Below, piece by piece: positions 1 through 10,106 of a stretch of 64,000 nucleotides of DNA. Both the position numbers and the translations under genes were made by a program. The stretch is from contig CAVXRD010000002.1 in assembly GCA_963764165.1 (NCBI GenBank), positions 2,048,001 to 2,112,000 on the forward strand. The letters run 5' to 3'. How positions within the stretch are numbered: the first letter of the stretch is position 1; each line of letters opens with the position of its first letter. Under the pieces are notes generated by a model. That model was not told where the DNA came from, did not search any database, and worked only from the letters and a program-made list of their open reading frames with translations. The DNA comes from an uncultured Verrucomicrobiae bacterium (GTDB taxonomy: Bacteria; Verrucomicrobiota; Verrucomicrobiia; Limisphaerales; Palsa-1400).

Positions 1-1
1 G

Positions 2-1900
2 ATTGAGGAATCCGAACACGCCAACATCGAGCTTCGCCGCGCCCACCAGGAGCGCGCGGAGTACGCGGCCATCGTCGAGAATTCAGACGATGCCATTATT
101 GGGAAGACATTGGACGGCATCGTCACAAGCTGGAACGGGGCGGCCGAGCGCATCTTCGGTTACACGGCAGGCGAGATGGTCGGCCAATCGATTCTGCGCA
201 TCATCCCGCCCGAGCGCCATGAGGAGGAGACCCGAATTTTGCAGAAGCTGCGCCGCGGCGAACGTGTGGCGCATTATGAGACACAACGGGTCGCCAAAAG
301 CGGCAGGCTCATTCAAGTTTCCTTGACCTCGTCACCCATTCGCGATCCCCAGGGCTTTGTCGTCGGGGCTTCCAAGGTGGCTAGAGACATCACCGATCAA
401 ACGGCTGCATCGCGGGCCAGCATGCTGCTGGCCGCCGTGGTCGATTCATCGGACGACGCCATTATCAGCAAGCGGCTCGACGGAATCATTACGAGCTGGA
501 ACGGCGCGGCTGAAAGATTGTTTGGATATTCGGCGCAGGAAATGATCGGGCAGCCGATAACCCGGCTGTTTCCAACAGACCGGCTTGAGGAGGAGACGAA
601 GATCATTTCGCAGATAGCCCGAGGGGAACGGGTAAATCACTTTGAAACCGTCCGCAAAACCAAGGACGGACGGCTCATCAATTTGTCTTTGACAATTTCT
701 CCGGTCAAAGATGGGGACGGCCGGATTGTGGGCGCATCCAAAATTGCGCGTGACATCACTGAACACAAGCGCATCGAAGAGCAATTGCAACGCAGCGAGG
801 AACAGCTTCGGCTGATGGCCGACTCCATTCCCCATCTCGCCTGGATGGCAGACCCGGATGGAAACATGTTTTGGTACAACCGCCGCTGGTACGAATACAC
901 CGGAACCTCGCCGGAAGCGATGATAGGGTGGGGATGGCAATCAGTCCATGACCCGCAAATGCTGCCCCTGGTCATTGAGCAATGGAAAGAATCCCTCAGA
1001 ACGGGCAAGCCTTTCGAGATGGAATATCCATTGCGCGGAGGCGACGGCAGATTCCAATGGTTCCTCACCCGAATCAACCCGCTGCTGGATGGGCAAGGTC
1101 GCGTGACGCGCTGGTTTGGAACCAACACCAATGTGGATGAAGTCCGGCGGATACGCGAGACCCTGGTCGAAGTCAACGCCGCCCTTGACCGCAGGATCCA
1201 TGAGCGGACCGCGTCGTTGGAATCCGCAGTGGAGCAGATGGAAGAATTCTCATACACCGTCTCGCATGACTTGCGGGCTCCTTTGAGAGCGATGCATGCC
1301 TACGCCAAGGCATTGCTCGAAGACTTTGGAACCAAGTTGGAACCTGCGGCGAAGATGTATGCCGAGCGCATCATGCGCAACAGCCATCGAATGGAGAAAC
1401 TCACGCATGAAGTTCTCACCTACAGCCGCATTGCGCGAGCGGACATGCCTCTGACCACGGTGGATTTGAGCAAGTTGCTGGCAGACCTCATTACGCATTA
1501 TCAGGAATTCCAGGCGCCCGCCGCGCAGGTGGAAATTCAAGAGCCCCTTCCGGCGGTTTTGGCTCACGAAACTTCGTTGGGCCAATGCATAACCAACCTC
1601 CTTCACAACGCGGTTAAATTTGTGCGCCCGGGAATAATTCCTGTCGTTCGCATCCACGCCGAACATGTTGGAGAGGATGTTCGAATTTGGATTGAGGATA
1701 ACGGCATCGGCATCAAACCCGAGCATCAGCAGAATATTTTCAAGCTCTTTGAGCGCGCGCACGGCGAGGGCCAATACTCGGGCACGGGCATTGGACTCGC
1801 CATTGTAAGGAAAGCCGTGGAAAGAATGAGGGGCAGCGCGGGGGTTTTCTCCGATGGCGTCAATGGCAGCCGTTTCTGGCTCCGGTTACCTAAAGCATGA
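2..1900 (+). CDS. Multi-PAS sensor histidine kinase (5'-partial)
   Basis: Frame is open from position 2. Repeated PAS motifs (SDDAII.K.LDGI.TSWN.AAER), H-box SHDLRAPL, and ATPase N/G boxes (NLLHNAVKF, DNGIGI, GTGIGLAI). Confidence 0.95.
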   Translation: MEESEHANIELRRAHQERAEYAAIVENSDDAIIGKTLDGIVTSWNGAAERIFGYTAGEMVGQSILRIIPPERHEEETRILQKLRRGERVAHYETQRVAKSGRLIQVSLTSSPIRDPQGFVVGASKVARDITDQTAASRASMLLAAVVDSSDDAIISKRLDGIITSWNGAAERLFGYSAQEMIGQPITRLFPTDRLEEETKIISQIARGERVNHFETVRKTKDGRLINLSLTISPVKDGDGRIVGASKIARDITEHKRIEEQLQRSEEQLRLMADSIPHLAWMADPDGNMFWYNRRWYEYTGTSPEAMIGWGWQSVHDPQMLPLVIEQWKESLRTGKPFEMEYPLRGGDGRFQWFLTRINPLLDGQGRVTRWFGTNTNVDEVRRIRETLVEVNAALDRRIHERTASLESAVEQMEEFSYTVSHDLRAPLRAMHAYAKALLEDFGTKLEPAAKMYAERIMRNSHRMEKLTHEVLTYSRIARADMPLTTVDLSKLLADLITHYQEFQAPAAQVEIQEPLPAVLAHETSLGQCITNLLHNAVKFVRPGIIPVVRIHAEHVGEDVRIWIEDNGIGIKPEHQQNIFKLFERAHGEGQYSGTGIGLAIVRKAVERMRGSAGVFSDGVNGSRFWLRLPKA

Positions 1901-2364
1901 AGACGGATTTCAATTCGCAAACGATACTTCTGGTTGAAGATAACGAAGACGACGTGTTTATCTTTAACCGGGCGATAAAACAGGCCTCTATTCCAAATCC
2001 CGTCCAGGCCGTCAACGACGGGGACAGCGCGATCGCCTATTTGAAAGGCGCGGAAAATTTTTCGGATCGGACCCTGTTCCCGCTTCCTTTTCTTATACTG
2101 TTGGATTTGAAAATGCCGGGGGTGGGTGGCATGGATGTCCTGAAATGGATTCGCGAGCAGCCACATCTGGAGATGGTATCTGTGATAGTGCTGACGTCTT
2201 CAGCGGAACACCGTGACATTGCGCGCGCATATCAGCTTGGAGCCCGGTCTTATCTGGTTAAGCCGCCCACAGCGGCACTTTTGACCGAAATAGTGAATGC
2301 GCTGCGCCTCTCCGAGACGTCCTCGAAAGAACGACTTAGGATTTCCGTCGAACAGTTCCCATGA
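1897..2364 (+). CDS. Single-domain response regulator (receiver)
   Basis: ILLVEDNEDD, LILLDLKMP and YLVKP motifs; overlaps the kinase stop codon (ATGA). Confidence 0.95.
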   Translation: MKTDFNSQTILLVEDNEDDVFIFNRAIKQASIPNPVQAVNDGDSAIAYLKGAENFSDRTLFPLPFLILLDLKMPGVGGMDVLKWIREQPHLEMVSVIVLTSSAEHRDIARAYQLGARSYLVKPPTAALLTEIVNALRLSETSSKERLRISVEQFP

Positions 2365-2539
2365 ATTCAAAAGGAGCGATTCATTGAAGAAATATTGCGA
2401 AAAATGAATCTGGAACTCACGAAATCAGAATGGGCCAGACGCAGAAGCCAAATCGCGCCAGATACAGGCGAGTAATGGCTGCGAGTCAAATGCCTATTCC
2501 ACTATTGCCATTCCGCCAACGGACTGGCATAAAGCTGCC

Positions 2540-2935
2540 ATGTCGCCCACGCGTCGCTGCGTTGCTATCGTCGTTTCCGCGCTCTGCGGAACTGTGACAG
2601 GGTGTGGCAGCCTTCCAAAATTTCAAATTGCCATTGACTCAGATCCGCAGGGTGCAAGGGTTGAGGTCAATAATGATTACGTGGGAAAAACACCCACAAC
2701 CTACACGATCGCTGGCAACTCGGATCGCTCGTTTAATGGAAACTGGGTCCAGGGCTCCATGATTGAATTCGTGGCCACGCCCCCTGCGGGAACCAATCTA
2801 TATGTGCAGCGAAAACTCTTCCGGCCCAGCGCCTTTATGCAACAAGGCGACCACATTCCCCAGAAGATGTTTTTCGATATGCACGTGAAAACTGAACATC
2901 TCAACATCGGCGAAAGCCTGCAAATCGAACGTTGA
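2540..2935 (+). CDS. PEGA-domain lipoprotein
   Basis: Signal peptide ending TGC; IDSDPQGARVEVNNDYVGKTP is a PEGA motif. Confidence 0.75.
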   Translation: MSPTRRCVAIVVSALCGTVTGCGSLPKFQIAIDSDPQGARVEVNNDYVGKTPTTYTIAGNSDRSFNGNWVQGSMIEFVATPPAGTNLYVQRKLFRPSAFMQQGDHIPQKMFFDMHVKTEHLNIGESLQIER

Positions 2936-2940
2936 TACAA

Positions 2941-3267
2941 ATGAAAAGATACCTGCTCCCCATTGCGTGTGCCATTATTTTGTGCGTTTTTTTAGCACCT
3001 GGAGGCAAGGCTGCGGATCCAATCAAACAGCAAACCGCCGAATATGCCACTATCAGATGGTCTGGCCGTGACAACACCCACGTTATCCGCCCAGGTGGAA
3101 AAGTTGAATTTGTCGGCCCCCAGCTTCTCCAGGTGAAAAGGCCCGAACGCGTGGATGATCGATCCTTCTATATGAATATCATCATGAACGCTATGGCGAA
3201 CGAGGGTTACGAGTTTGCTGGAATCTCTGGCGATGACGTCATTATGAGGAGATCAGTTCACCAGTAA
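2941..3267 (+). CDS. Secreted hypothetical protein
   Basis: Signal peptide; C-terminal MNAMANEGYEF motif resembles DUF4177-like proteins. Confidence 0.6.
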   Translation: MKRYLLPIACAIILCVFLAPGGKAADPIKQQTAEYATIRWSGRDNTHVIRPGGKVEFVGPQLLQVKRPERVDDRSFYMNIIMNAMANEGYEFAGISGDDVIMRRSVHQ

Positions 3268-3339
3268 CCGCTCGGATTGCCTCAACGACAATTTGGCCAT
3301 CGGTCGCGCATAAAGAAATGGTCACATGGTCAGACCCGC

Positions 3340-3480
3340 GGTCTAAACCCTTTAACGGCTGTCAGGGGGCTTCCTTGGGCTTTGCGGGCGGTTCCGATTT
3401 GCCACTTTTGTCAAGAATAATGACGGGCGCGATGGATTGCAGTTCGTTGTCCATCGTTAAGGCGTCGCCCGCCGCCGCGA
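3340..3480 (-). repeat. Degenerate duplicate of the 3' end of the M16 peptidase gene (match to 6494-6633)
   Basis: Direct alignment with a 45-bp exact core and one indel. Confidence 0.92.
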
Positions 3481-3621
3481 GCGAAAAATCTCAATCCTTA
3501 GTCCCTTCCTCTCAGTCCTAGCGCAACGTTAACTCTGGAGCGCCGTTAATATTTCTATTGTCACTTTGTCGCGATCACATATTAATCGCACTGTGAGATT
3601 CTGCGAGACTGGCATGAAGAA

Positions 3622-4332
3622 ATGAAGAACACACTGCGGTTCGCGTTTGGTGTTTGCATTGCTGCGAGTCTGATAGCGGTCGCCGCCGCACTGCATCTTT
3701 GGGGCGCGGCAGTAATAAGAGCCAACCCGGGCGAACTTTTCTTTCTTACCTTTGCGGCCGCAGTCTGGCTTTTGCTGGCGACCAAACTGTTTCCATGGCT
3801 CGGTTTGAGTTTTCATGACGACGTCATCGAGCGAAACAATGTTGCCGCCCTCATCGCCCTTTGTGGCGCTCTGGTCGCGTTGGCACTCATCTATGCCGGT
3901 GGCAGCATTGGCGAGGGGCCCTCGTATTTGAACAATGTGTTCTCCGCCGGACTTGGAACGGTGGGTTTGCTTGTGCTTTGGACTCTGCTTGAGCTCTGTG
4001 CGAAGGTTTCTGTGTCCATTACGGAGGAGCGTGACCTTGCTTCGGGTCTGAGGCTGGCAGGTTTGCTTTTTGCGACCGGGCTAATTCTTGGAAGAGCTGT
4101 GGCGGGAGATTGGCATTCCGAAGAGGCGACCATCCGGGATTTCGTGCATGATGGTTGGCCGGTGATTATTTTATGGGGAATGGCTTTATTAATCGAACGG
4201 TTCGCTCAGCCAAACCGCCGTTGTCCAATTCCGCCGTGGCCGAGTTTCGGTTTGATCCCGGCTTTATTATTTCTAACAGCGGCGGGTGCCTGGCTTCTTC
4301 ACCTTGGCGCCTGGGAAGGAATGCCTAAATGA
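3622..4332 (+). CDS. DUF350-like multi-pass membrane protein
   Basis: Multiple TM segments; IERNNVAAL and ITEERDLASGL repeats typical of DUF350. Confidence 0.65.
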   Translation: MKNTLRFAFGVCIAASLIAVAAALHLWGAAVIRANPGELFFLTFAAAVWLLLATKLFPWLGLSFHDDVIERNNVAALIALCGALVALALIYAGGSIGEGPSYLNNVFSAGLGTVGLLVLWTLLELCAKVSVSITEERDLASGLRLAGLLFATGLILGRAVAGDWHSEEATIRDFVHDGWPVIILWGMALLIERFAQPNRRCPIPPWPSFGLIPALLFLTAAGAWLLHLGAWEGMPK

Positions 4333-5603
4333 CAACTTTTTTCCCGACACGACCGACGGCATCGGAGATCCCACTCCGACCTGTTGAGCCCGCTCACGAC
4401 TTGAGAGCCGAAAAGGCGATTAGTGCGAACGAGTTTGCAATTCTCCGCCGACACGCTTTGCTCGATGGTTGCAAATGGGACCCACAGGTCGGCGATATCG
4501 ACACTTTGTCGCCATTTCCCCTGGTAATGAAATCAAGCGTCTGGAGAAAGTTAGCCTCTCAGGCCGAGCAGCTAACTGCAGAAGCGATCTCCGCGGAGGA
4601 AGAGGTTTCGCAACGGCCGGAATTGCTCGGATGTTTGGGCTTCCCGATTCCGTTGCGCAAAGTTTTGGCGGAAAGAACTCCTCTGACTCCCGCGGCAGGA
4701 CGAGTCATTCGATTTGACTTTCACTACACTGCGGATGGCTGGCGCATTTCAGAAGCAAATAGCGATGTGCCAGGCGGATTCAGCGAAGCTTCTTGCTTTA
4801 CTGAACTGATGGCGCAGCATTTTCCCAACCTCCGGCCCGCGGGGAATCCGGGCGAGATTTGGAGCGAGGCGCTTGTTGGTGCGGTCGGGTTTCCTGGTGC
4901 GGTAGCGCTCTTGTCTAGCCCCGGTTACATGGAGGACCATCAGGTCATTGCATTTCTCGCCGCGCAACTGCGTAAACGCGGATGCCTCACTTACCTGGCT
5001 AAACCCGAACAAATACGCTGGCGCGATGGCATGGCGTATCTCGATGCATGGCATCAAGGTCCGCTGGCCGTCATTTTGAAGTTCTATCAGGCAGAGTGGC
5101 TCTCTCGATTGCCGGAAGAAAGCGGTTGCCGGAACTTGTTTCGCGGGGGGAAGACACCGGTAGCAAATCCCGCCCTGGCGGTCATTTCGGAAAGCAAGCG
5201 CTTTCCGCTGATCTGGGACAAGCTCTCAACTCGATTGCCCCTGTGGCAATCGCTATTGCCAGAAACGCGTGACCCTCGGGAGGCGCCGTGGTCACGGGAT
5301 GACGGTTGGCTTGTAAAAACCGCAATGTGCAACACTGGTGATACAGTGAGCATTCGTGAATTGATGTCGCCAGCAGGATGGCTGCGGACTCGGCTAGCAG
5401 TGCTGCTCTCGCCAAGCCATTGGATGGCGCAACGGCGCTTCGAATCCGTCTCCATTGGCACTCCTGCCGGGCCTCGGCACGTGTGTGTGGGCATATACAC
5501 AGTCAATGGGCGCGCGGCGGGTGCTTATGCCCGGTTATCAAAGAAACCTGTGATTGATTTTTCAGCCGCTGATGCAGCGTTGCTCCTCGAAGGCGATGAC
5601 TAA
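4329..5603 (+). CDS. Glutathionylspermidine synthase-family ATP-grasp ligase
   Basis: RFDF...SEANSDVPGG, KFYQAEW and SESK motifs typical of the GSP synthase family. Confidence 0.8.
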   Translation: MTTFFPTRPTASEIPLRPVEPAHDLRAEKAISANEFAILRRHALLDGCKWDPQVGDIDTLSPFPLVMKSSVWRKLASQAEQLTAEAISAEEEVSQRPELLGCLGFPIPLRKVLAERTPLTPAAGRVIRFDFHYTADGWRISEANSDVPGGFSEASCFTELMAQHFPNLRPAGNPGEIWSEALVGAVGFPGAVALLSSPGYMEDHQVIAFLAAQLRKRGCLTYLAKPEQIRWRDGMAYLDAWHQGPLAVILKFYQAEWLSRLPEESGCRNLFRGGKTPVANPALAVISESKRFPLIWDKLSTRLPLWQSLLPETRDPREAPWSRDDGWLVKTAMCNTGDTVSIRELMSPAGWLRTRLAVLLSPSHWMAQRRFESVSIGTPAGPRHVCVGIYTVNGRAAGAYARLSKKPVIDFSAADAALLLEGDD

Positions 5604-6381
5604 AGAGGAAATATTCGCAATTTGGGCGCCGGAAGACTCGGCCTGGTCACGCTGGGCGAAGCCAGTTTTATTCGCGTACGTCGACTCGGCTTTGTCAAAT
5701 AATCCGATGACCGAAACCGCGGGAGATGTCACTTGGGCGCCGCCTGCCAGCGACAACGTAGCGTTAGTGCTCGACCTACCCTGCCAGCAAGGCGCCTTGA
5801 CCGGAGTTGCGCTCGCGGCCAGCGGTTACCGGCCGGTTCCGCTGTATAACGCATTGCCTTCCCCATATGGCAAGCCTCCGCTAAATCCACTGGCTGGATG
5901 CGATATGATCGCAGTAAACGTGCTCCCGATTCTCAGCGCTCTCAGATTTGGCGCGGAGGAACTCTCCAAATTGAAAATCCCGGCGGGCGCGCCCCCTGTT
6001 TTCCTGCTGGATTGTAATCGGGCCGGCACTGGTCGGCGCCTGCAACCGCATGAGTTTGATAATCGCTCTATCTCGTTTACCACGGATTTCCCTTCGGCAA
6101 ATTTCATGGCTTTTCACGGAATCCAGCGAGCGATTCTGGTTCAGGGTAACAGAGAAGTGCCGCATTCAGACGTGGCTCACACGCTGCGCCGCTGGCAGGA
6201 CGCCGGAATTGTCCTTGAACGCAAGAGACTAGATTTTCCCGGCCCGCCGGAAATTTTTGAGGTCGCCAAACCCTCGTGGTATGGGGCGATGTTTCAAAGG
6301 GCGCTTGCATCGGTAGGTCTTCGTCGGGCCTGGACCGGAGGGTTCGGAGCGTGGATGCCGGATTCGTCAGCCGGCGGTTAA
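5596..6381 (+). CDS. Hypothetical protein with C-terminal GGFG...SAGG tail
   Basis: Start overlaps the GSP synthase stop, suggesting an operon. Confidence 0.7.
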   Translation: MTKEEIFAIWAPEDSAWSRWAKPVLFAYVDSALSNNPMTETAGDVTWAPPASDNVALVLDLPCQQGALTGVALAASGYRPVPLYNALPSPYGKPPLNPLAGCDMIAVNVLPILSALRFGAEELSKLKIPAGAPPVFLLDCNRAGTGRRLQPHEFDNRSISFTTDFPSANFMAFHGIQRAILVQGNREVPHSDVAHTLRRWQDAGIVLERKRLDFPGPPEIFEVAKPSWYGAMFQRALASVGLRRAWTGGFGAWMPDSSAGG

Positions 6382-6505
6382 CACTTCTGTCAAATCTCCG
6401 GGCCTTGTCGGCCGGGCAGCCAAGACCGCCGTCCGCAAAACCGCATAGCCGGGTGCAGCTCCCGGACAGGATTTCAAAATACGCCATGATGCTGGTCTGA
6501 ACCCT

Positions 6506-9370
6506 TTAACGGCTGTCAGGCGCTTCCTTGGGCTTTGCGGGCGGTTTCGGTTTGCCACTTTTGTCAAGAATAATGACGGGCGCGATGGATTGCAGGTCGT
6601 TGGCGATCTTTGACGCGTCTCCCACCACCACGATCAGCAGCTGGTTTGCGTCAACATAACGGTGGATGAGCGCCTGGCACGCCGCGGCATCGGAGCCGGC
6701 GATGATTTTGAAAGTGCGCTGCATGTTGTCGAGCGGCAGGCCCGAAAGCACGTCCCTCTCAATTTCCCCGGCTTCCTGCTCCGAGGTTTCGAGGCGCGCC
6801 GCCGCGCTGCCGAGAAAGTAGCGCTGCGATTGCGCCAACTCCGCCTTGTCGGGCGGTCGGTTGGTCAATTCTTGAATCTGCGCCAGCACCATCCGCAGCG
6901 TGTCCGCGGTGGACGGCGTTTTGGTGAATGTGTGGACGACAAAGGAACCGGCGAGCCGGCCCGCGTTGAATCCGCCTTGCGCGCCGTAGGTGCCGCCGTT
7001 GGCCACGCGGATGGCTTTGTTGAGCCGCCCGCCAAACGAACCGCCGAAGTATTCGCCCACCAATTTCGCCACAGGCAAATTCGTGTCTGTCGCGGTCATG
7101 CCGGGGCAGCCGGCGCGGATTTCCGATTGTCCCGCGCCCGGCCAATCGACGAGCAGAATGCGCGTGCCTTCGGAATATTTCGGCGGCGGCGCAACGGTAA
7201 TTTCGCTTTCATCTTGACTCTTCCACGCGCTGAAAAACTTTTCGCTTAGGGCAATGGCTTTTTCTTCCGGCAAGTCGCCGGTGATGATGAGCGCGGCGCT
7301 TTCGGGTCGGGCGACGCGCTTCCAATGCGCTACCAAATCGTCGCGGCGCAGCGCAGCGACGTCCGCCGCATCGCCAGAAACCTCCCGCCCATACGCGTGG
7401 CCGGGATAGAGGTAATGGCGAAACTCGCGACCGACCACCGAAGCCGGTGTGCTGTCGGACACCGCAAGGCCGGTTGCGGTCTGAGTCACCGCAGTTTTAA
7501 AGGCATCTTCCGGGAAGGTTGGCGTCGTGGCGGCTTCGGCTAGCAGGGACATCGCGCGTTCGGCGTTTTCATTCAAGCAGCGCGCCGTCAAGCTGGAATC
7601 ATCCACATCGGCAGACCCGCTCATTTCAATCGCATAACGACCCAATTCCTCGGTCATCGATTTTTCGTCATGCTTCGCGGTGCCTTTGGTGAGCAGGGCC
7701 ATCGTCATTGAGGCCGCGCCGTTTTTCGTCTCGACGCAGGAGCCGAATGGCAGCGCGAGGATGATGTTGACCGCGGGCGTGTTCGTTCGCGGGGCAATCA
7801 ACACGCGCAACCCGTTGGCCAATCGATGTTCGCGCACATCGGGAGTGGGCATGGGAGAATTGCCTTCCGCAACGGGCGCATGCAACGGCAAATCCGCCGG
7901 ACGCACCACACCCGGGCGCCCACGCAAAACGATATTCGTGTCAAATGAAACGGGTGCGATATCGTCCGTTTTTTTCGGCGCGCCGAGAAGCATTTTTCCA
8001 AGCTGGTCGAGCAGCCCTGAGGACGGCACGTTGACGGTCAAGGCGCGCTGCGGATCGAGATACGTGTTGACAGCCTTTTGCAAATCCTCGCGCGTGAGAT
8101 GCCGCAGGCGATCGAGGCGCGCGTTCAATTCATCAAGCCCCGCGCCCTTGACCGCCGCCTGGCCGATGAGCGCGGCTTTGCCTTCGTCGGTTTCCGCGCC
8201 AATGACCAGTTCATTCACGGCCTGATTGCGCGCCTTTTCCAATTCCTCCGCCGTCACCCCGTCCTTGCGCAACCGTTCCAATTCGCCTTGAATGGCGGCC
8301 TTCGCTTTGGCCGCATCGCCGCCGAGCGGAGATTGCACGGCGGCGGCCGCAAAAATGCCGCCGCGCTCCAAACCGAAAGGAACCGCCATTGCTTCCACTG
8401 CCAGCTTGTCGTCGTTGACAAGTTTGCGATGGAGGCGCGAACTTTCGCCGCCGCCAAGAATGGTTCCCGCAAGCTCGAGCGGCAGTGAATCGGGGTTTCC
8501 TTCGGGAACGGTGCGCCACACGAACGCGCTGAGAGGAGCGGGCGCGTTTTGCGATTTGAGCGTGACGGATTTCGCGGCTTCATATGGCGCTGCATTCGTG
8601 ATGTGGCGTTCCGCTTGCGGCACCGGCGGAATCCAGCCGAAGTATTTTTCCGCGAGCGTTTGCACATTGGCCGCCTGCACGTCGCCGACGACCACCAGTG
8701 TGGCATTGTTCGGCACATACCAGCGCTTCCACCATTCGTGGACGTCCGCTGGCGTGGCGAGGCGCAGATCGTGAATGCTCCCCGCCGGAGAATGCGCGTA
8801 GACACCGTTTCCAAAAATCGCAGCCAGACCAGGCGCCTGGAGATCACCGTATGGATTGTTCAGATACATGCGCAATTCCTCCTCGACGACTTTGCGCTCG
8901 GTGTTGAAGCCGGTGGCATCCACGGTCAGAAAGCCCATGCGCTCCGATTCGAGCCAGAGGGCCAGCTCCAACTGCTGCGCTGGAAGCGAATTCTCATAAA
9001 CGGTGGTGTCAAATTCCGTGTGCGCGTTGCAATGGCCGCCGACACTTTGAATGAGATCGAAGTGATCCGTTGGCCCCAGCCGATCCGTGCCGCGGAACAT
9101 CAAGTGCTCGAAAAGGTGCGCGAAACCCTGCTTGAGTTCCGGTTCGTCCGCGCTGCCCACATGGTACCAGACCTGCACCGCGACAATCGGGCAATGATGA
9201 TCTTCCAGCGTCAGGATGCGCAGCCCGTTGGTCAGGCGTGTTTCCACGACCGGGAAAAGCTTTGCCTCGTCGGCGAGCGCCTCAATCGTTGTCAAACATA
9301 CCCAAAGAAAAAGAGAACGCAGGCAAAGACGGAGACCGACGGTGGGGATCAATTTGCAGATTATGTTCAT
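6506..9370 (-). CDS. Pitrilysin/M16-family zinc peptidase (fused alpha and beta halves), secreted
   Basis: GFAHLFEHLMFRGT (HXXEH); a second L.NGLRV domain lacks the motif; signal peptide. Confidence 0.95.
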   Translation of the reverse strand: MNIICKLIPTVGLRLCLRSLFLWVCLTTIEALADEAKLFPVVETRLTNGLRILTLEDHHCPIVAVQVWYHVGSADEPELKQGFAHLFEHLMFRGTDRLGPTDHFDLIQSVGGHCNAHTEFDTTVYENSLPAQQLELALWLESERMGFLTVDATGFNTERKVVEEELRMYLNNPYGDLQAPGLAAIFGNGVYAHSPAGSIHDLRLATPADVHEWWKRWYVPNNATLVVVGDVQAANVQTLAEKYFGWIPPVPQAERHITNAAPYEAAKSVTLKSQNAPAPLSAFVWRTVPEGNPDSLPLELAGTILGGGESSRLHRKLVNDDKLAVEAMAVPFGLERGGIFAAAAVQSPLGGDAAKAKAAIQGELERLRKDGVTAEELEKARNQAVNELVIGAETDEGKAALIGQAAVKGAGLDELNARLDRLRHLTREDLQKAVNTYLDPQRALTVNVPSSGLLDQLGKMLLGAPKKTDDIAPVSFDTNIVLRGRPGVVRPADLPLHAPVAEGNSPMPTPDVREHRLANGLRVLIAPRTNTPAVNIILALPFGSCVETKNGAASMTMALLTKGTAKHDEKSMTEELGRYAIEMSGSADVDDSSLTARCLNENAERAMSLLAEAATTPTFPEDAFKTAVTQTATGLAVSDSTPASVVGREFRHYLYPGHAYGREVSGDAADVAALRRDDLVAHWKRVARPESAALIITGDLPEEKAIALSEKFFSAWKSQDESEITVAPPPKYSEGTRILLVDWPGAGQSEIRAGCPGMTATDTNLPVAKLVGEYFGGSFGGRLNKAIRVANGGTYGAQGGFNAGRLAGSFVVHTFTKTPSTADTLRMVLAQIQELTNRPPDKAELAQSQRYFLGSAAARLETSEQEAGEIERDVLSGLPLDNMQRTFKIIAGSDAAACQALIHRYVDANQLLIVVVGDASKIANDLQSIAPVIILDKSGKPKPPAKPKEAPDSR

Positions 9371-9675
9371 GGAGCGTGGAAATTAGAATCAATAGCTACG
9401 TTTTATTCAGTGAACGCCTAAGCCTTCAGCAAAGAAGAATGTAGTGCCAAACAGGTTCGGACGCATCTCATTTCTGATTTGGGCTTAGTGGGCGGTGTTG
9501 GAGAAACTTCTTCATGTCCTTTGCGGCCTTGCTGCAAAACTCTCATGCATCCTCTCTTTTGCCTTGTCAAAGACAAGGCCAACCGGCATATAAATGCCCC
9601 GTTGAAGCGCATGGGCATGGCCGGACGGCATATGCGGTCATCGTGCATCGAATAACATTGTCTGTTAAGAATTCT

Positions 9676-10095
9676 ATGAAATTAAATTGTCTCGCTTGGC
9701 TTGCTGTTATGGTTCTGGCGGTCGGATGCGCCATACCCACCTTTGTCAAGACGACCGATCCCGCATGGGCCACGATTGATATCCGCGACGATCTTGAATA
9801 CAGCAGCGCTTGGAACGACGTCGTCGACACCCTCGTAAAAAAGTTTGACATGGAAATCCTGCAAAAGGACGACGGCTACGCGCGCACGGCATGGTACTAT
9901 TCCTGGACGGGCAAGGTGAGTGAGAACTACCGGGTGCGGGTGACTGTAAAGTTCGCGCCTGACCATAAAAAGGTCGAGATCAAGTCAGAGGCCGAATATG
10001 GCGGTGCAGGCAAATGGGTCGGCGGTTACGACACCCGGTTGCTCGAAACCATCAAAACGGACATCATGGGCAAAGTCGGACGCACCACCCGCTAA
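9676..10095 (+). CDS. Lipoprotein, paralog 1
   Basis: Lipobox LAVGC; similar along its length to the next gene. Confidence 0.8.
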   Translation: MKLNCLAWLAVMVLAVGCAIPTFVKTTDPAWATIDIRDDLEYSSAWNDVVDTLVKKFDMEILQKDDGYARTAWYYSWTGKVSENYRVRVTVKFAPDHKKVEIKSEAEYGGAGKWVGGYDTRLLETIKTDIMGKVGRTTR

Positions 10096-10106
10096 CCGGA
10101 GGACTT

